A stretch of DNA of 61,835 nt, counting the filler, from Stramenopiles sp. TOSAG23-3 (Eukaryota), in assembly GCA_900128585.1 (NCBI GenBank). It is 4 parts of 4 records of this genome, joined end to end, with 100 filler letters (N's around TTAATTAATTAA, not from the genome) between each part and the next. Parts side by side here need not be neighbours in the genome. Positions count along the whole stretch, not along the records: positions 28,794 to 57,405 come from LT642244.1; 3 more parts are not named here. One strand, written 5' to 3'. The notes beneath the pieces are model-generated. The model saw only the letters and a program-made list of their open reading frames with translations, made no database searches and was not told where the DNA came from. The translations under genes were made by a program, and so were the position numbers. Shown piece by piece: positions 29,971-40,749 of this stretch; the stretch's first letter is position 1; every line of letters starts with the position of its first letter.

Positions 29971-31959
29971 ATGGACACAGTTGGGGAGGGTTCGGATGTA
30001 GTTATTTTAGAGCTCGCTGGTGCTGATAATTTGCAAGATTTGCCGAAAGAAAATGATGATCGTCCTGGCACTCCAGACCAAACAAAGCATGAAAAACCTC
30101 CAGCAGGCCGTTCTAAGCGAAGTTTGAAGCGAAGTTTGACGACAGAGGTGTCTAAAATAGATATAAGTGCACGGACGCACGTTGGGTGCGACGGTCTTTT
30201 CGTGACAGGGTTAATGATTGTCCTTTCTGCGCTATGCATATACATTGTGTATCAATACAGCTATCGTTTTACATTTCTTGACCGTGCATGGGTCTGGGTG
30301 TACCTTGCACTAGCGCCAGTGTTTCTTCTGGTCGCACTGATACAGATTATCCAGTGGAGGAAACTGGCCGAGCAGTACAGCAAACAGGCCATGGGAAGAG
30401 AAAAGGAAAAGAAGAAAAATTGGATCTTGGACCTCTATAGCAAGACCATCATAAACGGTCCCTTATTTTTGTTTAAACTCTATTTTTTCGAGGTCCTGGA
30501 AAGCATTAACCAATTGAATAATTTGTTTGTCGTGTACTCGTGCTCATTACCGCAATGGGGCTACGTGACCATGTGCGCGGTTCTGGGCATAGACAGTTTC
30601 CTTCGAGCGCACGCTGTTCTGCAAAAAAATACGGTTTCACAAAGGAACATGCAGATTAAGGTGGACACTGGCGTTGATTTCTTCTGCGGTGCGTTTCCCC
30701 TTATGGTTATGCGGGTTGTATACAACATTGAAATCTCAATGGAGGAGATGCTTCTTGTCACACTGGTTCCTCTCCTCTGTTTGCTCGCAAAGCTGCGATC
30801 CATGTTCCGGGAGATTGTCCGATCCCGCAGCGCAGCGGCGTTGGAAAAAGACATGTCGATCGCTGCTAAGCGCGTAAAGCGTAACCGAAAAAGTATTTTT
30901 GGGGTGACAAAGTCGGAAAACATAGCCCGCTTGCAGCAGGAGAGTGTTCCATCTTGGGTCAGGACAGGGTTCAGTGCGTACAGCATTTTTTATGGGGTGT
31001 TTATGCTTGCAGCAGGGATCAACAGCTTGGCGTCCGTAGCTTGGCAAGAGTGTGATGCGATCCTGTGGGAGAATTGCAGGGTTAAAGTGCCCTTTTGCGG
31101 GACGATATTTGTTCCCAGCTGTGACTGCGCCGTATTGAACGTGCAGGGGCACAATTGGACAACCCTGCCCCAAGGCGTCGCTGAAATGAAATCGTTAAAG
31201 ACGATGAGGGTCAACCATGGGCCGTTGAGGCGTGTGCCAAGTTATGGGGAATACCTGAAATTGACCAAGTTTGATTTAAGTTACAATGAACTGGGTGAGA
31301 TTCCGGTGCAGTTTAGAACGCCAAATATTTTGAATATGAAAATGGCAAATAATAATATCTCCAATATTCCCATTGCTCTTGGGGGGTACAAAGAGATGGT
31401 GTATTTGGAATTGGACAATAACAATATATCTGAAATTCCAAGTGCTGTGATGGGTTTGCCGTGGCTTTCCAGTTTTTATCTAAGTAACAATACCCTGTTG
31501 GAGCTATCCCCGGAACTTGGAATACTGCCGTCATTGTTGTACCTGTTCGTAGACGGAAACAACCTGACAGAAATACCAGACTCATTGTTTGAGGCTGTCG
31601 GGTTACTTGGATTAAAATTTCACAATAACAAAATTGGAATCGTTCCGCCAAAAATTGGCCAATTGGTACGGCTTAATAATATTGACCTCAGGTATAACTC
31701 CATAAACGCCCTTCCCGGTGAGTTTGCAAAGCTGAAAAAATTACAGTATGCGTATTTTCATGGTAATCCAATGTGTGCAAATGGCTTTTTGGATGGCAAG
31801 ACAGATGTAACCGAGCTTGTGGGATCGGTGGAAGGTGGTTGCAAGGCCCAGTGCTCCCGATTTTGCCAGGATAGATTATTGGGAAAGGGTTCTTCTTGTG
31901 GGCGAGAGTGCAACTCTGAAGCCTGTGACTACGACGGCGGTCTTTGTGTTCAATCATAA
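29971..31959 (+). CDS. Multi-pass membrane protein with C-terminal leucine-rich repeats and an LNR (Notch)-like module
   Basis: Several hydrophobic helices in the N-half. LRRs (LTKFDLSYNELGEIP, LELDNNNISEIP, IDLRYNSINALP). Terminal CSRFC..LG...CGRECNSEACDYDGGLC. Confidence 0.8.
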   Translation: MDTVGEGSDVVILELAGADNLQDLPKENDDRPGTPDQTKHEKPPAGRSKRSLKRSLTTEVSKIDISARTHVGCDGLFVTGLMIVLSALCIYIVYQYSYRFTFLDRAWVWVYLALAPVFLLVALIQIIQWRKLAEQYSKQAMGREKEKKKNWILDLYSKTIINGPLFLFKLYFFEVLESINQLNNLFVVYSCSLPQWGYVTMCAVLGIDSFLRAHAVLQKNTVSQRNMQIKVDTGVDFFCGAFPLMVMRVVYNIEISMEEMLLVTLVPLLCLLAKLRSMFREIVRSRSAAALEKDMSIAAKRVKRNRKSIFGVTKSENIARLQQESVPSWVRTGFSAYSIFYGVFMLAAGINSLASVAWQECDAILWENCRVKVPFCGTIFVPSCDCAVLNVQGHNWTTLPQGVAEMKSLKTMRVNHGPLRRVPSYGEYLKLTKFDLSYNELGEIPVQFRTPNILNMKMANNNISNIPIALGGYKEMVYLELDNNNISEIPSAVMGLPWLSSFYLSNNTLLELSPELGILPSLLYLFVDGNNLTEIPDSLFEAVGLLGLKFHNNKIGIVPPKIGQLVRLNNIDLRYNSINALPGEFAKLKKLQYAYFHGNPMCANGFLDGKTDVTELVGSVEGGCKAQCSRFCQDRLLGKGSSCGRECNSEACDYDGGLCVQS

Positions 31960-32033
31960 AATATTTTTAAATAATATATTAATTCATTGTGTTTAAGTGA
32001 TTAACATGAAAATGTGTTGCTGATGACCTTCCT

Positions 32034-32867
32034 TCAACAGCCACCACCACCGCCCTTCTGCAACAGCCTCCTCCTCCTCTTGTCGCCTTCGTCGCTGCAG
32101 CTAATACTATAGGTTATCTCGTCGTTTTCCTTGGCAAGAGTCAAATAGTCACTGCCGCTAGTAAATTTTGCATTATTTCCTTCTCCTACCCATGCCAAAC
32201 AGTCGCACAACTTTGCATTGTTCGTACAGTCAAATTGAACAGACTTGTCGCCGTTCGGGCATTCTTCTGGTATATTCTCGAACACTTCGCTAGCGGCCAT
32301 TCCCTTGCATTCTCCTTGCACTTCACCCCAACTCAATTCTTTTGCAGTCTTCATCCCTGAAGCAACTTCCAAGAAGGTGGAATGCATTTTCTTTCGTGTG
32401 TTCTTTTGCTTTTTCTTTCTATACGGTCCTGTCCTTGTGCACACCTGAAATCGACGTTCGTACTTTTTGTATTTCTTTTTGAAGTTCATCTCGCCACCGC
32501 TGTTTACGTCCATTCCTGGGACAAATTCGTTCGGTGCAAGCAACTTACATCTTCGGTTGTCGTATGTGTTTGATAGTAGTCCGAGCAATGAGCACTGGCA
32601 CTTGATTAACTTTTCCGTAATTTTTCCGTGCGATAACCTTTGGAGACATTTTTTCTGCTCTTTAAACAGATGCGATTTTTTTTTACCATTACCTGTTCCA
32701 CCCAAACAACGATGTTTTTCTGCCTGCTTTATATCCCAGCGGGCCTGTCTCTCTCTCTTATTGTTGATCTGCTTATCGTGATCCGTCTTGTCAAATCTGG
32801 GACTGCCACCTTCCACAATAACGACAAGGAGACCCACAAGGAGAAACGCAACGTTTACTCCTTTCAT
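32034..32867 (-). CDS. Secreted Cys-rich hypothetical protein ending RRRRLLQKGGGGGC
   Basis: Signal peptide MKGVNVAFLLVGLLVVIVEG, multiple Cys, polybasic clusters. Confidence 0.7.
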   Translation of the reverse strand: MKGVNVAFLLVGLLVVIVEGGSPRFDKTDHDKQINNKRERQARWDIKQAEKHRCLGGTGNGKKKSHLFKEQKKCLQRLSHGKITEKLIKCQCSLLGLLSNTYDNRRCKLLAPNEFVPGMDVNSGGEMNFKKKYKKYERRFQVCTRTGPYRKKKQKNTRKKMHSTFLEVASGMKTAKELSWGEVQGECKGMAASEVFENIPEECPNGDKSVQFDCTNNAKLCDCLAWVGEGNNAKFTSGSDYLTLAKENDEITYSISCSDEGDKRRRRLLQKGGGGGC

Positions 32868-34020
32868 TTAAACGAATGACAGAACACAACAGAAATGCAA
32901 TTTGTTTGTTCTGCTTTAAAAGCAGTGACCTCGTTCTAAATAAACTTTCTTCGTTTAGCGTTTGCACAACTGTACGAACTAAACTTCCATTTCATTTCTA
33001 ACACTTTCCTTTACTATATACTATTCTCTAATTTCCCTTGAATGATTTAAAGTTTTAAAAATATTATTGTATTGTACCTGTATATGCTTGTAATTTACGA
33101 GGTGTATTAAAATTAACAATAGATCGTCGTCCCTCTACTATCTTTATATATAGTCTAAATAGAACAGACTAATAATTAGATCAGCAGTGGCCATATTAAT
33201 ATTTGAAGCTATCCTCTAGCTATTATTTAATATTTAATACACAATACCCCCCCCCCCCCTTTTCTTAATAATAATAATTTTATCATCAATTTTTTGAGGA
33301 AGAATTGTGTCTTTTTTTATAATAAGCAGAATAGTGTCTTCGTAGTTAGCTTATAGTTTATATATTTACTTTTTAACAGAGAGCAGGAGGGAGGAGTACG
33401 AAGGTTGCTAATAAAAAAATATTATAAAAAAGCAACTGCTTTTTTGATCGAATGCTGTGTCATACTATACTAATGATTTACACCACACAACATAGAAATT
33501 GCTTTTTTCTCATTCAAGCGCTCAACAAGAAGATGTATTAGAACGACTACCTGTACCAATTTTGGTATTATACCACCACATCATACTGTAGCAATCAAAG
33601 AAGAAGGTTTTTTTTTCTTCTTCTGTCTTCTTCTTCTTCACTTTTATTATTACTACCTACCGATACTACGTATACGACTACCTTACCGGTAACGGTACTT
33701 GGAAAAAATTATATTACCTATCAAAATACCTCTATTATTATAAAATAAAATAAAATACGACAATTATTACAGTATAAAAAATATATTATTATAATAAAAA
33801 ATAAGAAGACGATAGAGGAGAAGAAAAAAGGTCGTCTTCTATTTTATCAAAATAATAAATATCGTCTTTTTTTTACTCATTTGGGAAGAATGGAAATATA
33901 CATTGTAATTCATTCATTACTTAAAGAAAGAAGAACATACGCTTTCAACTTCCGTTGCAGAAGGCTTTCAATTCCCGCGCACGCTGTATAGAGTTTGCGG
34001 AGAGCGTTTCTTTCTGTACG

Positions 34021-35811
34021 ATGGAGCCGAAACTTAAAAAGGCAAAGACGGCGGCCGTTCCCGACGCTGCGGGCGGGGACATTATCAACCGCGCTCTTAC
34101 CGCCCCAGCGTCGGTGAAGAGCTATAAGGAGGAGTATGCGAACGCACTGCCATACCCGCACGTGACATTTACCCCATTTTGTGACGAGTTGAAATTTGAA
34201 GGCGTCCGTGACGAAATATTAACAAACTTGAACGTAAAATACAAGGAGACCGACCTGTTCAAATTGTACCAAACGCAAGATCTAGCGAACATAAAGCGCT
34301 CGAGCCACCCCGAACTGGCTGCAAAGTTGCCCCATCTCCTGGCTCTGCGGGATTCTTTGTACTCAAAAGATTTTCGCGCATTCATATCGTCGATAACCGG
34401 CTGCCCTGAGCTGACGGAAAGGGTCGATATGGCGGCGTCCGCGTATTCCAACGGGTGCCACCTACTGGCGCACGACGACGTGATCGGAACCAGGGCCGTA
34501 TCCTTTATCATATACTTTTGTGCGAAAGACTGGTCCGACTCGGATGGGGGGGCACTTGAACTGTACCCTTTGGAACCTTCTAGCATCCTGGTTAACCCAG
34601 ATAGCAGGCTGCCGCAGGGCGTGCCAAATCCGAACCCTTCCAAGTCGATCTTGCCAAAGTGGAACAGCATGGCTATTTTCAATGTTGAGCCTGGACGTTC
34701 GTACCACTCCGTCCAAGAAGTCACGAGGGACGGGAGTCCTCGTCTCAGCATCCAGGGATGGTACCACGCTCCGCACCCCCCGAAGGGAGCCGAGATGGCT
34801 TCGTTGAACCAGTTAAAATCAATTGCAATGGCGAAAAACTGCGAAAGTACCCAGGTAGGGGCTTCGGCACCGGGGGGGGGAGTTGATGACCAGGCCGACT
34901 GGGAACTGACGGAGGAGGACATGGCGCTTCTCTCCGCATGGGTCAACCCAATGTATTTGCAGAAAAAGTCGATGGGCGACATTGAGAAACGAATGCAAGA
35001 AGACTCTAACCTTGAGTTGAGGTCATTTTTGAAAGCCGACGTGGCAGAACGCATCCGAGAAGCATGCGCGGGTGCTGAGAATTGCGCGGGGGGAATTGTA
35101 GAGCCGAAAGGGTGGACCCTTGTTGGCCCAGCGCACGTGCAACGATTTCTCCGGTGCGGTGCGGAACAGCCCGTTGTTGCTGGCAAGAGCGCCATGTCCG
35201 AAGCGACAAGCCTTTTGAAACGCTTGAAGTCCGAACTGTTCGTTACGAAAGCGTTTAGAAAATTAGTTCACAAGCTGACTGGTGAGAGCAGGCCCAGCCA
35301 GAATGGTTTTTCCACCGAGATTAGGCACTTTCGCCGAGGAAGGGACTACACCGTCGCCCACCACGGAATGCTCCTGAAAGAGGGAGAGTCCGTGCTCGAC
35401 GTTACCCTGTGCTTTGTTGATGACAAGTCCGAGGAGACCGAAGATACCGCAGGTGCGGGGGGGAGCAGTGGCACCGCGGAAGACGAGCCCCAGCTAAATG
35501 AGAAGGCTGCGGCATGGGACTATGGGGAAAACGGCGGGTTCGACTGTTACATTGCAGCGGAGGATGAAGCCAACGAGGCCGCGGAAGTGTACGACGACTC
35601 CACCGCGAATGACCCGAACGACGATGGGGGAATTCTTTTGAGTGTTTCCCCGTCGTTCAACACCCTTTCTGTTGCACTTCGCGATGAAGGCACCATGCGC
35701 TTTATCAAGTACGTCTCAAAGAATGCCCCAAGCGGACGGTGGGACGTTGCTACTAGCTTTGGCGTGAATTACGACGAGGGGGACAGCGACGACGATGGCA
35801 GTGACACGTAA
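34021..35811 (+). CDS. OGFOD1: Ribosomal protein uS12 prolyl hydroxylase OGFOD1/Tpa1 (2OG-Fe(II) oxygenase)
   Basis: KETDLFKLYQT, LLAHDDVIGTRAVSFIIY (HxD), GGALELY, SYHSVQEV, RLSIQGWY. Ofd1 C-terminal domain (RHFRRGRDYT, FNTLSVALRDEGTMRFIKYVS). Confidence 0.92.
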   Translation: MEPKLKKAKTAAVPDAAGGDIINRALTAPASVKSYKEEYANALPYPHVTFTPFCDELKFEGVRDEILTNLNVKYKETDLFKLYQTQDLANIKRSSHPELAAKLPHLLALRDSLYSKDFRAFISSITGCPELTERVDMAASAYSNGCHLLAHDDVIGTRAVSFIIYFCAKDWSDSDGGALELYPLEPSSILVNPDSRLPQGVPNPNPSKSILPKWNSMAIFNVEPGRSYHSVQEVTRDGSPRLSIQGWYHAPHPPKGAEMASLNQLKSIAMAKNCESTQVGASAPGGGVDDQADWELTEEDMALLSAWVNPMYLQKKSMGDIEKRMQEDSNLELRSFLKADVAERIREACAGAENCAGGIVEPKGWTLVGPAHVQRFLRCGAEQPVVAGKSAMSEATSLLKRLKSELFVTKAFRKLVHKLTGESRPSQNGFSTEIRHFRRGRDYTVAHHGMLLKEGESVLDVTLCFVDDKSEETEDTAGAGGSSGTAEDEPQLNEKAAAWDYGENGGFDCYIAAEDEANEAAEVYDDSTANDPNDDGGILLSVSPSFNTLSVALRDEGTMRFIKYVSKNAPSGRWDVATSFGVNYDEGDSDDDGSDT

Positions 35812-36074
35812 TTTTGTTATTCTAAATAATATTTCTTAAATGAGGATATTTGTTTCTTATCGTTGTAACAATTTATCTTAAATTTTATGAATATGTTCCT
35901 ATCATATATTACGACTGAGACTTGCAAGAAAAACACGACACACTTTTTACTAAAGAGACCGAGATTTTAAAAAAAATGTAAATTCGACACGCTCACATTG
36001 CGAGATATGCCTTCAAAAATGTTCTAAAATTATTTGTACACACAGGATTAAAAAACGTTGAGGATCGCCAGTCT

Positions 36075-37778
36075 TCACACTCGCGTTCGCCTGCGATTAA
36101 TCTTCTCTGCTTGAAGGGCTTCGATTGCACGCTGGATCTCCTCAATCGACATGGACGAGACCAGCTCCTTCCGATATGCAAGGGGCTCCGGATCATTGTA
36201 CCCTACAGTTTCCAACCACCAGCGTGGGTAGCCAATGTACCTCCCATCTGCAGGGTGTTGGCATCGATTGCAGTTTCCTTCGCCGTACCAGCTCAGCAGA
36301 TCCTCTGAAAAGTTCCACCAGGTCTGTACAATCTTGTCAGCGTTGTGGCCAAGAGTCACAGCCACCTCCGTGTCGTTTATTTCACCTTTTCCGAGCTGTT
36401 GGCTCAATTTTTGGACGAGTGCGAAGGACTGTTCCTCTATTGGATCCCTGACCCGTTGGACGTCCTGGATCGCGTAGGTAAAGTGGATTTGCGAAAGGTG
36501 AAAGACGTAGCGGTTCGCCCAAAACGCCTTCTGCCTGTCAACGGGTGGGAAAATGCTGCAACTACCAGAGAAAGACGCAGGGATGTACGACCGTGACGCA
36601 GAGTCGGACGCAAGGAAAGGGGCGTACACTGCAGTATGGGCAGCGTGCGGCGCAAACCAAACAACGCCCTGGTCGGAGATGCCACCACTGTTTGCAACGA
36701 AACTAACTTGGGTTTTCCACGTCGCAATTGGCCGTTCCCATCTCCCGTTGGGAAAGGTTGCCTCTGCGTACCCCGCGTGTGCTCTGAAACTGGTCCCGAA
36801 CGGACCGCCCTGTATTTTACGAGTCGATGCTGCTGACGACTTCGACAGATCGTACACTGTACCGTTGTAGTACGAACGCATCACTTTGAACACGGATTTC
36901 ACACTCACGCTTTCCTGAGGGACACTAATGCTCGTCTGGACCCAGTTGTTGAAAGATTCGTAGGTGGGTGCAACGTCAGCTTTCCCCCGACTCATGAGCC
37001 GGTACCCTTCCCACATGCGTCGCCCAGAGTTATACTTTGGCCCCAGCTCACCTTTGCTGTAAACATTCACGAAATCAAAAGGTTGGCCCTGTTTCCAAAA
37101 CCCGTACTTTTCCGCGATCGAACGAATGTTCGACGAAGTGACAAACTTGAGATTGTCTGTGAAGTCTATATTTCTAATGGTAAACGCGTTCGTGACCATT
37201 GCCACTTGGCTTCCAGTAATCTGCTCCGCTGCAAAAATCGCGCTAGTGTTCGTGTCGTCTGGGAGTATTTGGAATACCCAACTCTCGTTCGTGTCCACGA
37301 CAAAGAGGCTTTCCGCTGCGTCCCGGAAACCATATTTTGTGGCAATATCGCCCATCACCCCGATTGCTTCTCGTGCCGACGAAGCCCTCTCCAACGCAAT
37401 TTTCCCGAGATCTACGATTGTTACCAAGCCCTTTCCACCCCAACCACCGTTGTTGACGTCGAAAACGCCGCTGCACGTGCTTTCACAGAGGCCGACGGAA
37501 AATTCGTTCATGATTCCGTACCCTTCCGTTTTGTAAGCAAAAGTGTGCGAAACTTGGGGTATCTCGCCGTACTGAACTTTCCGGACTGCCCCCTCCGGAA
37601 AATCTTCTGGGGGAACGTGTGTAAGTCGCCCAGCAACATCACCATCACCATCGTTCGAATGACTGCACATTGGGTGCCCATTTGCACTTGCTTTGCCCGT
37701 CACTGCCACTGTCGTACAACATTGAGCAACGGTCACCCCCAGCACGAGACAAAGAGTTACTATCAGTTGAAAGCGCAT
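36075..37778 (-). CDS. Secreted/lysosomal peptidase family C69 (Ntn-hydrolase dipeptidase)
   Basis: Signal peptide, then CTTVAVTGKAS..G (N-terminal nucleophile Cys), GEIPQVSHT, MNEFSVGLCESTC, IALERASSAREAI, NAFTIR, RRMW, WERPI. Confidence 0.88.
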   Translation of the reverse strand: MRFQLIVTLCLVLGVTVAQCCTTVAVTGKASANGHPMCSHSNDGDGDVAGRLTHVPPEDFPEGAVRKVQYGEIPQVSHTFAYKTEGYGIMNEFSVGLCESTCSGVFDVNNGGWGGKGLVTIVDLGKIALERASSAREAIGVMGDIATKYGFRDAAESLFVVDTNESWVFQILPDDTNTSAIFAAEQITGSQVAMVTNAFTIRNIDFTDNLKFVTSSNIRSIAEKYGFWKQGQPFDFVNVYSKGELGPKYNSGRRMWEGYRLMSRGKADVAPTYESFNNWVQTSISVPQESVSVKSVFKVMRSYYNGTVYDLSKSSAASTRKIQGGPFGTSFRAHAGYAEATFPNGRWERPIATWKTQVSFVANSGGISDQGVVWFAPHAAHTAVYAPFLASDSASRSYIPASFSGSCSIFPPVDRQKAFWANRYVFHLSQIHFTYAIQDVQRVRDPIEEQSFALVQKLSQQLGKGEINDTEVAVTLGHNADKIVQTWWNFSEDLLSWYGEGNCNRCQHPADGRYIGYPRWWLETVGYNDPEPLAYRKELVSSMSIEEIQRAIEALQAEKINRRRTRV

Positions 37779-38164
37779 GGTGCTCACCTTCTGAAATATT
37801 TGCAGGGGTTCAAAGATAGTCTGTTGTTGCAATTCTGCATTGATTCTACCGACACAGTGTTCATGGGGAAATTTTGAATGATGAAAAGCGAACTATAGAC
37901 TTTAAATCATCGTCGCGGCGCGGCGTTCGTCTTCTTGGGAGCTTGGTGGGAGAAGAAAAAAAAAGTAATAATAAAAAAAAAAAATCATTTCTTTACTACA
38001 GCAGCTACACAGCGCTGCGATTAAAAATCGTCGTGAAACACGCATATTATTTATGTGGGCCTCGCCAATGCTCATTTAATCGATACTGTGTGGATGTATC
38101 TGAAAAATGCACGTTGGCTTGGCGCGAATAAAAATCCGACTCGAATTTCAAAGAAGCAACGGAG

Positions 38165-38504
38165 ACGCCTAACTGCATAAGTTTAGACCAGACAATCGCT
38201 CCTCGTGCGGTGCTCGATCCCCAACGAACCTTTATAAATTGTTTGCCTTCAAATGACTTGGAATTTCGGTTCCTAGGGACAATTTTTTGTGAAATGGACG
38301 ATTTGGACCAAATGCCACCGCAACAAACACTATTTCATTCGTTGGCGTTGGAAAAATGAACCGTACTGGCGTACTTTTGTATCGTAGAAAGCACTTTTGG
38401 CGGTTTAAATTTGCAAAAATTATCCTTTTTTCATAAAGATCTCTTCGTCTCAAATAGTTAACACAAAGTCGTATGCACTTTTTCAATTCCGCGCCAAAGA
38501 TACT
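38165..38504 (+). repeat. Dispersed ~340-bp repeat, family B copy 2 (may extend left)
   Basis: Homologous to the reverse complement of 28300-28640. Confidence 0.9.
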
Positions 38505-38927
38505 TGCATCCGCAATTCTTTCGTCTCTCTCCGTTATCAATGCTGTGTTAATATTAATATTCTATTATGTACGTAGTATAGTACCGGTAATAGGTATAGA
38601 AGAGTCAGCATCTCAATTTTCACAATTTTTTTTCTTCTTCTTTTTTCTTCTTCTTCTTTTTTCTTCTTCTTCTTTTTTCTTCTTCTTCTTTTTTCTTCTT
38701 CTTCTTTTTTTTCTTCTTCTTTATTTTATTATTATTATTTATTTTAAAAAAATTTGTTTTTTTTGGATTGGCGGGGGGGGAATAAAAAGAATTGGAACTT
38801 CATTCACTCCTACAGACTATTATATAGTTGAATGTTTTAAAACGGCATCAATAATTGGTTCAGATAGTTTCATTTTCATCTTTGCTGCACTCATTTTTCC
38901 TGTGTTTAATATTTGGTTTATCCGGAA

Positions 38928-40532
38928 ATGAATTGTATACTGAAAGTTGTCGTGGCCGTGCTTCTTGTGGTGGGACACTTTGCGGAAGCTTCCCAAAAAA
39001 AGAAGAATTTTATATTCTACCAGCCAGACGAACTTCGAGCCGACGCCCTGGGGGTTTATGGCAATAAAATAAGCAAGACACCAAACTTTGATGCCTTTGC
39101 AGAAGAGGCGACCAGGTTTGATCAGGCCCATGTGAGCTACACGGTATGCACCCAGTCCAGGGTAGCTTTTATGACCGGTTGGCCCACCCATGTCAGAGGC
39201 CATCGAACGCTCTGGTCACTGTTGCACAAGTGGGAGCCTAACCTGCTGAAATATTTCAAGCAAAACAATTATACGGTCAAGTGGTGGGGAAAGAATGACC
39301 TGCTGGCGCACGATTCTTTTCCTGATTCGGTAACTAGCGCTATCCAAAGCAAAGGCCAGGACAATGGCAAAAATCCGTACGACTTGAGCGACCCAAGGCA
39401 CTACAGCTTTCTGTACGAAGCGTACGAGGGCAGCTTTAACACGACGAAAGACTATTGCAACGTCGCGGAGGCAATTAATTTTCTGAACAGCAGGCCAAAA
39501 GAACCATTTTTTATTTTTCTTCCGTTGACAAAGCCACACCCCCCATACAGTGTCCCAGAACCGTTTTACTCTTCCATCGACGTAAAGGATGTTCCGGACT
39601 TGCGCCCTCACTCCTTGCCAAATAAGCCGGATTACCACAAGTTGATCCGCCAGTACCGGAACATTACATCCTTGGACGACGCATTTTTCAAGAAGATTCA
39701 CGCGGTGTACTTGGGTTCGGTCTCTTACTCGGACTTTCTGTTCGGACTGTTGTTAGCAGCAGTGAAAGAGAACGGTTTTGATGATTCAACGACAGTCAGC
39801 GTTTTTGCGGACCATGGAGACTATGCAGGCGACTATGGACTTGTGGAAAAGTGGCCTAGTGGCCTGGAAGACGTGTTGACAAGGGTGCCGCTGTTGATAA
39901 GAACCCCGGGGGGGGCAAGAGGGCACATCGTGGACGAGCCTGTTCAACTGTTTGATATCGTTCCCACCATGCTAGAGATAGCAAACATATCTCTGGCACA
40001 CGTGCAGTTTGGGAAAAGTCTGCTCCCTCAATTGCATGGTGCCACGGGCGATCCAACGTGGGCAGTGTACAGTGAGGGTGGGTACGCGACCTCCGAACCG
40101 AGGGATTTCGAGGGCAACCCAGCAGTTGGCGGGATAGGAAAGAAAAAGAGCATATACTACCCAAAAGCGCTGCAGCAAATAGAGAGACCGTTGAGCGTCT
40201 GCCGTTCAACGTCGGTGCGCACCCTCACGCACAAATTGGTCTTTCGCTCGGATCCCCAAAGCGAAGACCACTGCAGCGAGTTGTACGAGTTGCAATCCGA
40301 TCCAAAAGAGCTGAAAAACTTGTACAACGACCCGGCGTACTCGTTAATCCAGGCACAGTTGAAAGAAAAACTGTTTCTTTGGTACATGCAAACAAGTGAC
40401 GTGACCCCATGGGCGATTGATCCAAGAAGTGGTGGAATGCCGTACCCGTCGACTGGAAGGCAGTTGCCCATCGACATCAGCGAAGATACGCCCACAGACT
40501 CCTCCGTCCCTGTGATGTATTTCACGACTTAA
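38928..40532 (+). CDS. Formylglycine-type (S1) sulfatase with signal peptide
   Basis: NFIFYQPDELRAD, TPNFD, CTQSRVAFMTG, PHPPY, ADHGDY, RVPLLIR, ELYELQSDPKELKNL. Confidence 0.9.
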   Translation: MNCILKVVVAVLLVVGHFAEASQKKKNFIFYQPDELRADALGVYGNKISKTPNFDAFAEEATRFDQAHVSYTVCTQSRVAFMTGWPTHVRGHRTLWSLLHKWEPNLLKYFKQNNYTVKWWGKNDLLAHDSFPDSVTSAIQSKGQDNGKNPYDLSDPRHYSFLYEAYEGSFNTTKDYCNVAEAINFLNSRPKEPFFIFLPLTKPHPPYSVPEPFYSSIDVKDVPDLRPHSLPNKPDYHKLIRQYRNITSLDDAFFKKIHAVYLGSVSYSDFLFGLLLAAVKENGFDDSTTVSVFADHGDYAGDYGLVEKWPSGLEDVLTRVPLLIRTPGGARGHIVDEPVQLFDIVPTMLEIANISLAHVQFGKSLLPQLHGATGDPTWAVYSEGGYATSEPRDFEGNPAVGGIGKKKSIYYPKALQQIERPLSVCRSTSVRTLTHKLVFRSDPQSEDHCSELYELQSDPKELKNLYNDPAYSLIQAQLKEKLFLWYMQTSDVTPWAIDPRSGGMPYPSTGRQLPIDISEDTPTDSSVPVMYFTT

Positions 40533-40749
40533 TAAGGTTGTGTTCTTCTTGTACATTGTTTTATGGTATGCATACCGTGCTGTGATATCATTGACAAGCA
40601 TATATGTTTTTAAAACCGACACCATTTTAAGCTAAAAAGGTTTTGAATTCTAAAATACGAAGTTATAAGAATTATACAAAAGAGAAACAAATCAATATAT
40701 AGTATATTGTTCTTAGCTATTTTGCCTCTGTTAAATTTTCTGGTATGGC

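Noticed and set aside
38473-38931. Phe/Leu/Ser-rich ORFs in spacers (also 44422-44610, 50789-51253, 61504-61765, 4928-5485)
   Set aside because: Translations of microsatellite or AT-rich DNA.
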